A stretch of DNA of 41,412 bases. Origin: a virus. The position numbers and the translations under genes were made by a program. Location: the IMG/VR virus record IMGVR_UViG_3300010429_000418, positions 1 through 41,412 of that record. One strand, given 5' to 3'. Under the pieces are notes generated by a model. It saw only the letters and a program-made list of their open reading frames with translations. It was not told the origin of the DNA and did not search any database. Positions within the stretch are counted from its first letter, which is position 1; each line of letters starts with the position of its first letter. Of the stretch, positions 1 to 7,364 are shown in pieces.

Positions 1-127
1 AGCCAATGGACTTGGAGATAGAAGAATAGATGGAATGCTTCTTATTCTTGTCAGGTATAGTAGTCGGGTTATGGCTTGCTTACGTTATAATAGTAATCCT
101 TGAGAGGAGAAACAGGGTAGATGCTAA
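1..127. repeat. Terminal direct repeat, copy 1 (identical to 41286..41412). It marks circular closure or terminal redundancy of a 41,285-bp genome.
   Basis: Read directly: agccaatggacttggagatag...aacagggtagatgctaa at 1-127 recurs base for base at 41286-41412 (offset 41285). Confidence 0.95.
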
Positions 128-170
128 TAGACGAAAAGGGAAGGTTGTTCGGGAAGATAAATATTGTTGA
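30..170 (+). CDS. Small single-pass membrane peptide (46 aa)
   Basis: Not in the ORF track (<60 aa). The ATG at 30 (=41315) abuts the TAG of the preceding ORF (TAGATG). MECFLFLSGIVVGLWLAYVIIVIL forms one hydrophobic helix, followed by a basic tail RRNRVDANRRKGK. It overlaps 121..459 by 50 nt in another frame. Confidence 0.35.
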   Translation: MECFLFLSGIVVGLWLAYVIIVILERRNRVDANRRKGKVVREDKYC

Positions 171-459
171 CTTTGCTTTCATTATCTTACTTATAGCCCT
201 TGTAGTGGGTTTATCAAATGGCTGTAATAAGATAGCAGGCATAGACAAGTCTGTATATGATAAGATTAGGTATGATGTTAAAGAAGAAGAGATTAAGAGA
301 GTAAATAGTGAGTTAGCTGAAACAAGAGCTAATACTAATAAGAGAGACAAGATGGCTGAAGATATGCTCAATAACCAAAGAGTATGGTATGAGGGATTTA
401 AAGAAGGATTTTCTGCTAGCTACTCAACTGCTATCAAAGAAAAGGGCGGGGCTTTTTAG
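121..459 (+). CDS. Membrane-anchored or lipobox-like coiled-coil protein (spanin-like candidate); last gene of the rightward arm
   Basis: ORF track. Hydrophobic helix IVDFAFIILLIALVVGL is followed by SNGC (lipobox-like), then a charged helical region KEEEIKRVNSELAETRANTNKRDKMAEDML. Confidence 0.55.
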   Translation: MLIDEKGRLFGKINIVDFAFIILLIALVVGLSNGCNKIAGIDKSVYDKIRYDVKEEEIKRVNSELAETRANTNKRDKMAEDMLNNQRVWYEGFKEGFSASYSTAIKEKGGAF

Positions 460-513
460 TAAGTTAGTGTCAGCTCTCACGTTCCATAGAGCCCTTGTAA
501 TAATGCCCCGCCC
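444..513. terminator. Candidate terminator at the convergence point of the two arms (9-bp GC inverted repeat)
   Basis: GGGCGGGGC at 444-452 and GCCCCGCCC at 505-513 are perfect inverted repeats. On the minus strand the second arm is followed by TTTTCTTT; on the plus strand the first arm is followed by TTTTT. The 52-nt loop is atypically long. Confidence 0.3.
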
Positions 514-556
514 GTATCTCCTTGTGTTAGAACCTATAGACTGGTCAGGTCTATTG

Positions 557-793
557 TTAGTAAATACGCTCTATTGTCTTACCTTCATCATTAAGAAGGT
601 ATGCTTCACCCTGTATTTCTATTTCATCAAATACCGTTCTGTTTTTAGTGATAATCAATGTTGTTATCATCTCACTTATTTGAGGTGGATTACTGACTGG
701 CATATTAGGATTTTTTGGAGTTTTTACAATCTCGCATCCATCTATACCATCAATAAGCACCCAATTTCTTCCATTAAACCACTTTACTATCAT
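557..793 (-). CDS. Hypothetical protein (78 aa); last gene of the leftward arm
   Basis: ORF track; same strand as the whole late arm; AGGTAGG-like RBS a few nt upstream of the ATG. Confidence 0.5.
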   Translation of the reverse strand: MIVKWFNGRNWVLIDGIDGCEIVKTPKNPNMPVSNPPQISEMITTLIITKNRTVFDEIEIQGEAYLLNDEGKTIERIY

Positions 794-834
794 CTGCCTA
801 CCTGCCTTTCTATCTACCTGACCAGTCTATATAT

Positions 835-1563
835 TTAAAACCTATACGTCCCGCCTGCCATTATTGCTGTCTGGTCTACTAACTTAACTCCTATACCAAG
901 GTTGAGGTTGGCTATCGGCTCATAACCTATGCCAAGACGTAAACCGAGGTTATCCTCTGCCTTAATGTCCTCCCTTAACTCCACAACAGAGAGGTTGGCA
1001 TCTATGTTGCCCCTTAGGTCAGAGTAGACGATACCTATGTAGGGTTTTAAGGGTATGCCTGTCAGTTCTGTCAAGTCCTTTGAACCCTTAATGCCGATTT
1101 CCCATTCGTGGGTAGTTAAGATAGTCTCTATAGGGTTATCTATGACTATCCCACCCAAGTCAACCTCGTCCACGTCATTACGGGAGAACCTATAGGAACC
1201 TACAAGCGAGAGGTCAACATACTTAGTTTCCAATGCCTTGCTCTCGGCGTCTATGCCTATATTGAATCCCACCCCACCATTGAGTTCGGTATTGCCTACA
1301 AATGGCACGTCAGTTTCGATGCCAAAGGTCTGTATACCGACTTTGGGACTTAACTTGATTATATCCCCCAAAGGCACGTCTACCTTGACATCATAATACT
1401 GGGCTGTCAACTCACCCTCAAGTCCCGTATTATCTCCCTTAATGTCCCTACCAAGGTTGAACTCGGTATCAACGCCTGCTGTGAGGTCTATGGCAAATAC
1501 AGGTGTCGCCACGACCAATAAAACCGCCAACAGCCACAAACACTTGCCCTTTTTCTTACCCAT
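835..1563 (-). CDS. Outer-membrane beta-barrel protein (OMP_b-brl / Ail-Lom-like class)
   Basis: Sec signal MGKKKGKCLWLLAVLLVVATPVFA|IDL. Alternating hydrophobic beta-strand pattern rich in G, Y and aromatic residues. The C-terminus ...AGGTYRF ends in Phe, as in BAM substrates. RBS GGAGGTAG lies upstream. Confidence 0.7.
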   Translation of the reverse strand: MGKKKGKCLWLLAVLLVVATPVFAIDLTAGVDTEFNLGRDIKGDNTGLEGELTAQYYDVKVDVPLGDIIKLSPKVGIQTFGIETDVPFVGNTELNGGVGFNIGIDAESKALETKYVDLSLVGSYRFSRNDVDEVDLGGIVIDNPIETILTTHEWEIGIKGSKDLTELTGIPLKPYIGIVYSDLRGNIDANLSVVELREDIKAEDNLGLRLGIGYEPIANLNLGIGVKLVDQTAIMAGGTYRF

Positions 1564-1575
1564 TGCTACCTCCTT

Positions 1576-1902
1576 TTAGTCAATAACCTTCTTCTGTTTG
1601 AGCGATACCACTATCGCCTCTATTAAAGCCCGTAGCACGCTGTCCTTTAAGTTTATCTTAATGCTTCGGGCATAATCAAATACCGCCTTGAACTTATCCT
1701 CATTAGACAGGTTGCTCTCGGCTACTTCGATTACCTTGCTCTTTATGGCTTCGAGTTGTGCCTTGCCTATCTGGTATAGGACATTGAGGAATACCGACTG
1801 CATATCACCCATCAGGTCGACATACCACTTCGGCGCTTCAATGCTCTGTATCTTGTCGATTATCTTCTGAAGCCACTTGACGCTTGAGGTCATCTTCGCC
1901 AT
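1576..1902 (-). CDS. Hypothetical protein; the C-terminus weakly resembles the soluble tail of LLH-type phage holin family proteins
   Basis: Start trimmed to MAKMTSS (ATG 1902), just after the stop of the 1904..2215 ORF. The segment EDKFKAVFDYARS...LRALIEAIV is recalled from LLH-holin-like proteins (recollection only). Confidence 0.5.
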   Translation of the reverse strand: MAKMTSSVKWLQKIIDKIQSIEAPKWYVDLMGDMQSVFLNVLYQIGKAQLEAIKSKVIEVAESNLSNEDKFKAVFDYARSIKINLKDSVLRALIEAIVVSLKQKKVID

Positions 1903-1903
1903 C

Positions 1904-2215
1904 TCAATTATCCTTTCTCGGGTTCTTGACTCCCAGTTTATACGCCTTGCCCTTCCACTCGGTAAACTTCTGCTCGATAAATGCCACAAATGCCTCGGCG
2001 TTCTCTATCCAGTTGACGGCTTTGTCCTTGCTGCGGTCCGTCTCGAAGATATTGCACAATCCGACTGCGAGCTTTAAGAGCTGGATCAACACCGAAGCAA
2101 CGAACTCCAGTATCAGCTCGATAACGCCTATCGCCAGCCCGGCGTTTTTAAGCGCCCACTTGATCGCTGGCAGACCCGTCAGGAACCGCGCCACTATCCC
2201 AAGTATCCACCACAT
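1904..2215 (-). CDS. Small membrane protein (holin-like candidate)
   Basis: ORF track. The N-terminal half is hydrophobic or amphipathic (WWILGIVARFLTGLPAI, AGLAIGVIELILEFVASVLIQLL), with a charged C-terminal tail. Confidence 0.5.
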   Translation of the reverse strand: MWWILGIVARFLTGLPAIKWALKNAGLAIGVIELILEFVASVLIQLLKLAVGLCNIFETDRSKDKAVNWIENAEAFVAFIEQKFTEWKGKAYKLGVKNPRKDN

Positions 2216-2216
2216 G

Positions 2217-2351
2217 TTATGCTCCTTTCTTTTTTCTTGTAATCGCGGCCAGGAACCCCGCGAATATCGCCGTATATAAAAGCATGCCCGGAGTCAGTTC
2301 TTTGCCGAGTGCCAATGCCAGTATCACGAGTCCTACGATCGCCGGTATCAT
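2217..2351 (-). CDS. Two-helix micro membrane protein (44 aa; holin/antiholin-like candidate)
   Basis: Not in the ORF track. MIPAIVGLVILALALGKELTPGMLLYTAIFAGFLAAITRKKKGA. Its ATG overlaps the TGA of the upstream ORF (ATGA at 2348-2351), and its TAA lies 1 nt before the next ATG. Confidence 0.45.
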   Translation of the reverse strand: MIPAIVGLVILALALGKELTPGMLLYTAIFAGFLAAITRKKKGA

Positions 2352-2560
2352 TTTTCGCCTATCCTTTGCAATATATCGAACGTGTTCTGCCTAACATACC
2401 TGTGCGCCTGTTCTTTTTCCTCTTGCGTCATGTCCTTGATATCAACGAGGACGTTGCCCTTGTATATGCCGGCAACGGCAAGGTCTTTCTTGCGGATACA
2501 CACATTGCCGTATACCGCGTAATCATCAAACGGCGCTTGTCCGTTTTCATTGCTCATCAT
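2348..2560 (-). CDS. Hypothetical soluble protein (70 aa)
   Basis: ORF track; start and stop overlap the neighbouring genes (translational coupling). Confidence 0.5.
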   Translation of the reverse strand: MMSNENGQAPFDDYAVYGNVCIRKKDLAVAGIYKGNVLVDIKDMTQEEKEQAHRYVRQNTFDILQRIGEK

Positions 2561-2805
2561 CGCACCGATATTTTAAGTATCTGGTCGAGCTTCTTGTCTA
2601 TCGTGTCGAATTTCTCTGTGAGCGTCTTATCCACCTGCTTGAGCACCGCGATATCGGTCGTATTGGCGCAGGACGCGGCATAAGCGTTCTCGGCGGTCTG
2701 ATAGGTCTTGACGAATATCAGCGTCAGGAGAATCGAGACGATCGCCGTCATTACCGTATAGGTCAGCTTCTGCCCGATATCGTTCCTGCGGTCCTCAGAT
2801 GGCAT
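2557..2805 (-). CDS. Type-II membrane protein with a short coiled-coil ectodomain (i-spanin-like candidate)
   Basis: Single N-terminal TM VMTAIVSILLTLIFV after a charged N-terminus, followed by a helical region LKQVDKTLTEKFDTIDKKLDQIL. Confidence 0.5.
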   Translation of the reverse strand: MPSEDRRNDIGQKLTYTVMTAIVSILLTLIFVKTYQTAENAYAASCANTTDIAVLKQVDKTLTEKFDTIDKKLDQILKISVR

Positions 2806-3102
2806 CTATTCCCCCTTGATGTTTTCCTCGGTTGCCTCAACCTTCGCCTTTATACCTGCCTTTTCTGCGTCCACGAGCAGTTTCTCCCATTCGGCTATTG
2901 AGCCGTCCAAGAGGTTCAGGTTATTCTGTTGCCCGTCCCTTTCGGACTTGAGAGAATTTATGCGGCTCTGTATGTCCTCGTAGGTATAGGTCTTTTCCTG
3001 TGTCGTGGTTATCTTGACAGTGTTAGCGTCTACCTTTTCAAGGGTGTCGGCGAATACAGGCGAAATACTTATTAGTGCGATAATGGTAATTAAGGTTTTC
3101 AT
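2806..3102 (-). CDS. Secreted coiled-coil protein (98 aa precursor)
   Basis: Start trimmed to MKTLITIIALISISPVFA|DT (AGGAGA RBS 7 nt upstream of ATG 3102). Classical Sec signal with no Cys, so not a lipoprotein. Confidence 0.55.
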   Translation of the reverse strand: MKTLITIIALISISPVFADTLEKVDANTVKITTTQEKTYTYEDIQSRINSLKSERDGQQNNLNLLDGSIAEWEKLLVDAEKAGIKAKVEATEENIKGE

Positions 3103-3112
3103 TTTGGTTCTC

Positions 3113-6100
3113 CTATTTGGTTGCCTGTTCCAGTTTGTCAAGCCTTGCCTTCAAGGTGTCTATTTCTTTTTGCTGTTCGTTTATAGCATTGATGAGCGTC
3201 GCAATTATCGGTCTGTCTTGTAATCCTAAATATCCTTCCTCATTCGCCATCACCGCTTCAGGTATATTCTTCTGAACATTTTGAGCGGACAGACCTGCGT
3301 AAACGTGTTCGGTATCGTAGCCAGTTTCAGGTTTCCACTTATAAAATATAGGGCTTATATCTTTGAGGTCTTTAAGTCCACGGGTAAAATTACCTTGAAT
3401 ATCCTTTTGGCGTTCATCGGAAGTAGCAACAATATTTCCCGAAGCGTCAGTTGTCAAGGCACCTGCTCCATAGGCGTTCATCTGAATAGTTTGTGTTCCA
3501 CCTGCACCGTGAACGGTAAGAGCCGCATTGTAAGAATCACCGTCATAAGTCTTGAGAACTATATCGTTGTAATTTTGTATGGTATCTACATCTAATATTT
3601 TAGGGTAGACCGTAACTGTTGTCCCATTGGGAGCAAGAATCAAATTTCCAGAAGAAGTTACGATTTGCCCACTCGTATCATTGTGATATACCTGAATGTT
3701 CTTGTCGTCGCCTAAAGAATTTGCCTGTAGTTTCCCTGCGTCAGGGACTATAAAATCCTTCGTTTTTCCTGTTTTATTCCCATAGACCAGAGGATTATAT
3801 GTTCCTGAACCGCCTGCCGTTACAGGGGTCGTGCAGGCGTCAAAGTTATTCCCACTAACAATAGGGTTATAACAAGAAGCATCCGAAATATCGACTCCCG
3901 TGGCAAAGTTAATAAAGGTGTTGTCGCTAATGTTAGATACGTTGCTATTCCCGACATATACGCCCTTCATCGAATTATCGTCCTGCCCTTGGAAGGTGTT
4001 ACCCGAAACAATAAAGTTGGCGAGCTGGCCTGTTCCCGTGTTGTGAATTATTGAAGTGCCATCGCTGAATTGGAAGACGTTGCCCTCGATTACCATACGA
4101 TTGATTATTGTAGTGCCGCCACCGCCGATATCTATAGCATATTTATCGCCCGTCTCATTAAAGATATTATCGGAGATAACATAGTTATTGGTATTTGTCC
4201 CACCCGTGGTAGAGTTAATCTTTAATATGGTATAGGTATTTGCCGTCCTTACTGCCGCAGAAGCGTCGGTCATATTGCTCTTGAATATAAGGTTGGAGCA
4301 CCACAGGTCAAAGTTGTTAAAAGCGTCCGAGGTATTTATATAATTACCTTCAATAATCAACCTCGTGCTTCTATCTGTTCCGTCCTGTATGACAGACGGA
4401 TAAAAGCAATCTTTTATCCAGCCAGTCGTAGGGGCATGGCTATTAACGTGTTCAAGATGTATCGCATAGGTGTCGTTATGTTCAAACACGCACCTGAAAA
4501 TATGCCAGTCCCAATACTGCTGTAAGTCAATGCAGTAGCCCTTCCAAGAGTCGAACCATATATCATACAGGGTAAGGTCTACAGCGCTTCCCTCATTCTG
4601 GTCGATAGCTTTGGTAGCGACTGTTTGATTTGCCTTATTGCCATCAAGCATAAGGTGTTCAAATCGTGTCAACTGGTAGTGAGTAGTCGAAGCACCTACG
4701 GCAGGAACAAGGTCAAACATATCGCAGTCTGCGGCATTGGCAAGGACGAGTTTTGTTCCACCGCCCTTATCGCCCGATTGCTGTCCTGTTATCGTAATGC
4801 GTTTATCAATGGTTATTACTGCCGCAATAGTATATGTTCCTTCGAGTAAACATATCGTCCCACCCTCGACCCCAAGGGCGTCTATCGCCGCCTGTATCTG
4901 GACTTCATCATTTGTTCCATCACAGACGTAATCCGCAGCGTCTTTACCTCTCGAAGTAGACGAGGCAATAACTATCGTAGCGGTTGGTTTAACAGCAACG
5001 GCATCCGACGTTAAAGACATCTTCCCGTTCGTGTCCAGCGTCGCAACATTCGCCTCATCGCTATCCCTGCCTACAAAGATGTTGGTTGAACCGTCATTGG
5101 TAGAACCTTTGACCACTAACTTGCCTGTGGCGGGAGTGCCGTCATCATCAGTTGTCCCCACGAGAAGGTTTCCACTTGCCGAAAACCTTCCTAACTCATT
5201 CCATCCCCCACTGTCATTTACAAATCTCATAGGGTCGCCATTCTTCCAGAGAATAAAAGGATTAGGGTCGCTTTGTCTCCCAGGAAATAACCTTATAAAA
5301 TGACTATAATCGGAATTGCTGATGCTGAAATCGCTATCTACATCAACCCCATCGGAACGTAAATCAATTTTATATGTAGGAGTAGTATTTATCCCGATTT
5401 TCTTATTCGTTGTATCAAAGGTTACCCAATCCGTTCCATCTGCTTGGGCGATGTTAATTGCCGTTGTAGAATCAGAGGTCGGGCGAATATCCTGTCCTGT
5501 CTTAAATAAGAGATTGCCTGAACCATCTATGGCGAATTGTTTCGTCGTCCCATCACTTGCCAACACCTGTAAAATATCATTGACCTGCGGGTTATTGGCT
5601 TTGACCTTGAGTTGGACGGTATCGGCGGAACCTGTGATGTTTACGGAGGAACCGCTATCAAGCCCCCCGCTGAAGTTCGGCGCACCGCCTGTTACGGTCT
5701 GGGGAGTAGACTGGTCGAGTTTGAGATAATCAGTCGCAACTGCATAATATGTGCCGTGCTGTCCGTCCAAGAGGTCAGCATTCAGGTTGGTATTCAAAGT
5801 ATTGGACGTGCACGCATACGGGGACGTGCCCAAGGAGGCGGTAGAGATGAAATTCGTTGCTTTTACCCCACTTGAGGCCGTCAGGGTCATCTCGTTCGCC
5901 CCGCTTCTGTGAATAGAGGTGTCCTGCCCTAATCCTAAGTAAATCTTTCCGGCATCCCCGATATACAGATTAAGCCATTCCTTGTCGGCAGAGCCGAGGC
6001 TGTCGGTATCGGCAGTGTCGGACAGGAGAGATGTATTGATAGCACAGGAAGCGATATTATCAAGGGCTTTGGTAGCAGATAGGGGGTCGCTCTCGGAATG

Positions 6101-7042
6101 AATGACATTTGATAGATTCTGCCCGTCGCCATTAGGGGCTAAAAAGACCGTTCCCGCGTCAGTAGTATAAACGCCGTTAGTAACTGTCCCGGCATTCCCT
6201 GATACGTTGCCAGTAACATTGCCCGTTAATGGCCCTGAAAACCCTGTTGCCGTCAACAATCCAGATGAAGGATTAAAACTCAATTTTGTTGACGATACTT
6301 TTTGTGGGAGGTTGCCCGTATTGGCAGTTACCCACGTCGGATACATTATAGCATTAGTAGTCGTATCGTCGGTAATTGCGGTATTTGCGGCGTTAGTCGC
6401 TGACGCGGCACTGGAGGCGGAAGTCGCAGTTGAAGCATTCCCTGATACGTTGCCGGTTACGTTACCCGTCAGGTCTCCTGTGATATTTGTGGCAGTAAGG
6501 GTAGACGTAGCCGGATTCCAGGAGAGTCCTGTGCCGTAACTAAAATCGTCCGTCGTAGCATTGGTATACGGGATTTGACCCGCAGAGCCAAAAGATACAG
6601 AAGAACCGCCGCCTCCGCCGACAAGACTCTCGGAACCGCCGGAAGTAAGTTGATATAACTTGTCATCGTTCTTGAAATATAACCTATTTGAACCAGCAGG
6701 AGGATTAGCTGGCGTAGCAATTTGAGTGAAGTCTATGGCTGAGCTGAAATTCGGCGCCCCGCCTGTGATGGTCTGTGGGGTGGTCTGGTCGAGTTTAAGG
6801 TAAAGCCCCCCAAAGTCTGCTGAAGTAGTTCCGTCTCCATTATCAGTTAAAGAACCATTAGGGAACTTTAACTTCCACGGCCACGTATCGGGAGAATTAT
6901 CCTCTTCGGTTATCCATAACGGTCCAGTCGGCCCAGCAGACCCTCCTGTTGAGCCAGTTCCTATTGCACCCTCATCTGCTATTGCTGATGAGAATAGTAA
7001 GATAGTCAATACTGGTATAAGAAGCCATCTCATTCTGCTCAT
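3113..7042 (-). CDS. Tail fibre/tailspike-like protein: beta-helix region plus C-terminal peptidase-S74 intramolecular chaperone domain
   Basis: The C-terminus ...SDERQKDIQGNF...YAGLSAQNVQKNIPEAV...LINAINEQQKEIDTLKARLDKLE matches the S-D-x-R-x-K autoproteolysis/chaperone signature. Repeated NxxISxN / GNxF rungs (ISDNIF, IEGNVF, VSGNTF, ISDNTF, VSGNNF) fit a right-handed beta helix. TGNVTGNVSGNA fibre repeats are present. Start trimmed to MSRMRW (ATG 7042), 4 nt after the upstream stop. Confidence 0.85.
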   Translation of the reverse strand: MSRMRWLLIPVLTILLFSSAIADEGAIGTGSTGGSAGPTGPLWITEEDNSPDTWPWKLKFPNGSLTDNGDGTTSADFGGLYLKLDQTTPQTITGGAPNFSSAIDFTQIATPANPPAGSNRLYFKNDDKLYQLTSGGSESLVGGGGGSSVSFGSAGQIPYTNATTDDFSYGTGLSWNPATSTLTATNITGDLTGNVTGNVSGNASTATSASSAASATNAANTAITDDTTTNAIMYPTWVTANTGNLPQKVSSTKLSFNPSSGLLTATGFSGPLTGNVTGNVSGNAGTVTNGVYTTDAGTVFLAPNGDGQNLSNVIHSESDPLSATKALDNIASCAINTSLLSDTADTDSLGSADKEWLNLYIGDAGKIYLGLGQDTSIHRSGANEMTLTASSGVKATNFISTASLGTSPYACTSNTLNTNLNADLLDGQHGTYYAVATDYLKLDQSTPQTVTGGAPNFSGGLDSGSSVNITGSADTVQLKVKANNPQVNDILQVLASDGTTKQFAIDGSGNLLFKTGQDIRPTSDSTTAINIAQADGTDWVTFDTTNKKIGINTTPTYKIDLRSDGVDVDSDFSISNSDYSHFIRLFPGRQSDPNPFILWKNGDPMRFVNDSGGWNELGRFSASGNLLVGTTDDDGTPATGKLVVKGSTNDGSTNIFVGRDSDEANVATLDTNGKMSLTSDAVAVKPTATIVIASSTSRGKDAADYVCDGTNDEVQIQAAIDALGVEGGTICLLEGTYTIAAVITIDKRITITGQQSGDKGGGTKLVLANAADCDMFDLVPAVGASTTHYQLTRFEHLMLDGNKANQTVATKAIDQNEGSAVDLTLYDIWFDSWKGYCIDLQQYWDWHIFRCVFEHNDTYAIHLEHVNSHAPTTGWIKDCFYPSVIQDGTDRSTRLIIEGNYINTSDAFNNFDLWCSNLIFKSNMTDASAAVRTANTYTILKINSTTGGTNTNNYVISDNIFNETGDKYAIDIGGGGTTIINRMVIEGNVFQFSDGTSIIHNTGTGQLANFIVSGNTFQGQDDNSMKGVYVGNSNVSNISDNTFINFATGVDISDASCYNPIVSGNNFDACTTPVTAGGSGTYNPLVYGNKTGKTKDFIVPDAGKLQANSLGDDKNIQVYHNDTSGQIVTSSGNLILAPNGTTVTVYPKILDVDTIQNYNDIVLKTYDGDSYNAALTVHGAGGTQTIQMNAYGAGALTTDASGNIVATSDERQKDIQGNFTRGLKDLKDISPIFYKWKPETGYDTEHVYAGLSAQNVQKNIPEAVMANEEGYLGLQDRPIIATLINAINEQQKEIDTLKARLDKLEQATK

Positions 7043-7046
7043 AATC

Positions 7047-7364
7047 TTACCTTTCAAAGGAAACTCTAAATACGCCAGAAGTTGCACCTGTCCTTATTGC
7101 CTTGAAGTTCTTTAGATTAAGTATGCCAGTAATAGTCAAGTAAGAACCAGGAGTCATATAATGTCCCTCGGTATCAGTAGGGTCTGTGCCGTCATACCTG
7201 TATCTTACTGGGGCAGTCTCAAGAGTAATATATACCCTCTTTGGCTGTGGCTTCGTAGTCAATTTAGCAGTAGTAAGCCCAATAGCAGTATCTGCTACTG
7301 TAATCTTCTCATAATCATAACCTACGTGCTTACCTACTTGTGCTCCTCTTGCGTCAAATGACAT
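7047..7364 (-). CDS. Hypothetical virion-module protein (105 aa)
   Basis: ORF track; abuts the fibre gene; beta-rich sequence. Confidence 0.5.
   Translation of the reverse strand: MSFDARGAQVGKHVGYDYEKITVADTAIGLTTAKLTTKPQPKRVYITLETAPVRYRYDGTDPTDTEGHYMTPGSYLTITGILNLKNFKAIRTGATSGVFRVSFER

Noticed and set aside
389-838. 149-aa plus-strand ORF spanning the convergence region
   Set aside because: It overlaps the end of 121..459 in another frame and runs through the candidate terminator. It is antisense to 557..793, and its translation is Leu/Tyr/Ile-rich with no motif.
4625-6720. Several 60-140-aa plus-strand ORFs (for example 5316..5729 and 6207..6539), plus out-of-frame minus-strand ORFs (5935..6132 and 6469..6720), all lying inside the fibre gene
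   Set aside because: The plus-strand ORFs lie antisense to an uninterrupted 1300-codon gene with clear domain signatures, and the minus-strand ones are out-of-frame overlaps within it. They have low-complexity Pro/Ser/Val-rich translations and no RBS. These are typical shadow ORFs of a repetitive Gly/Thr/Asn-rich gene.
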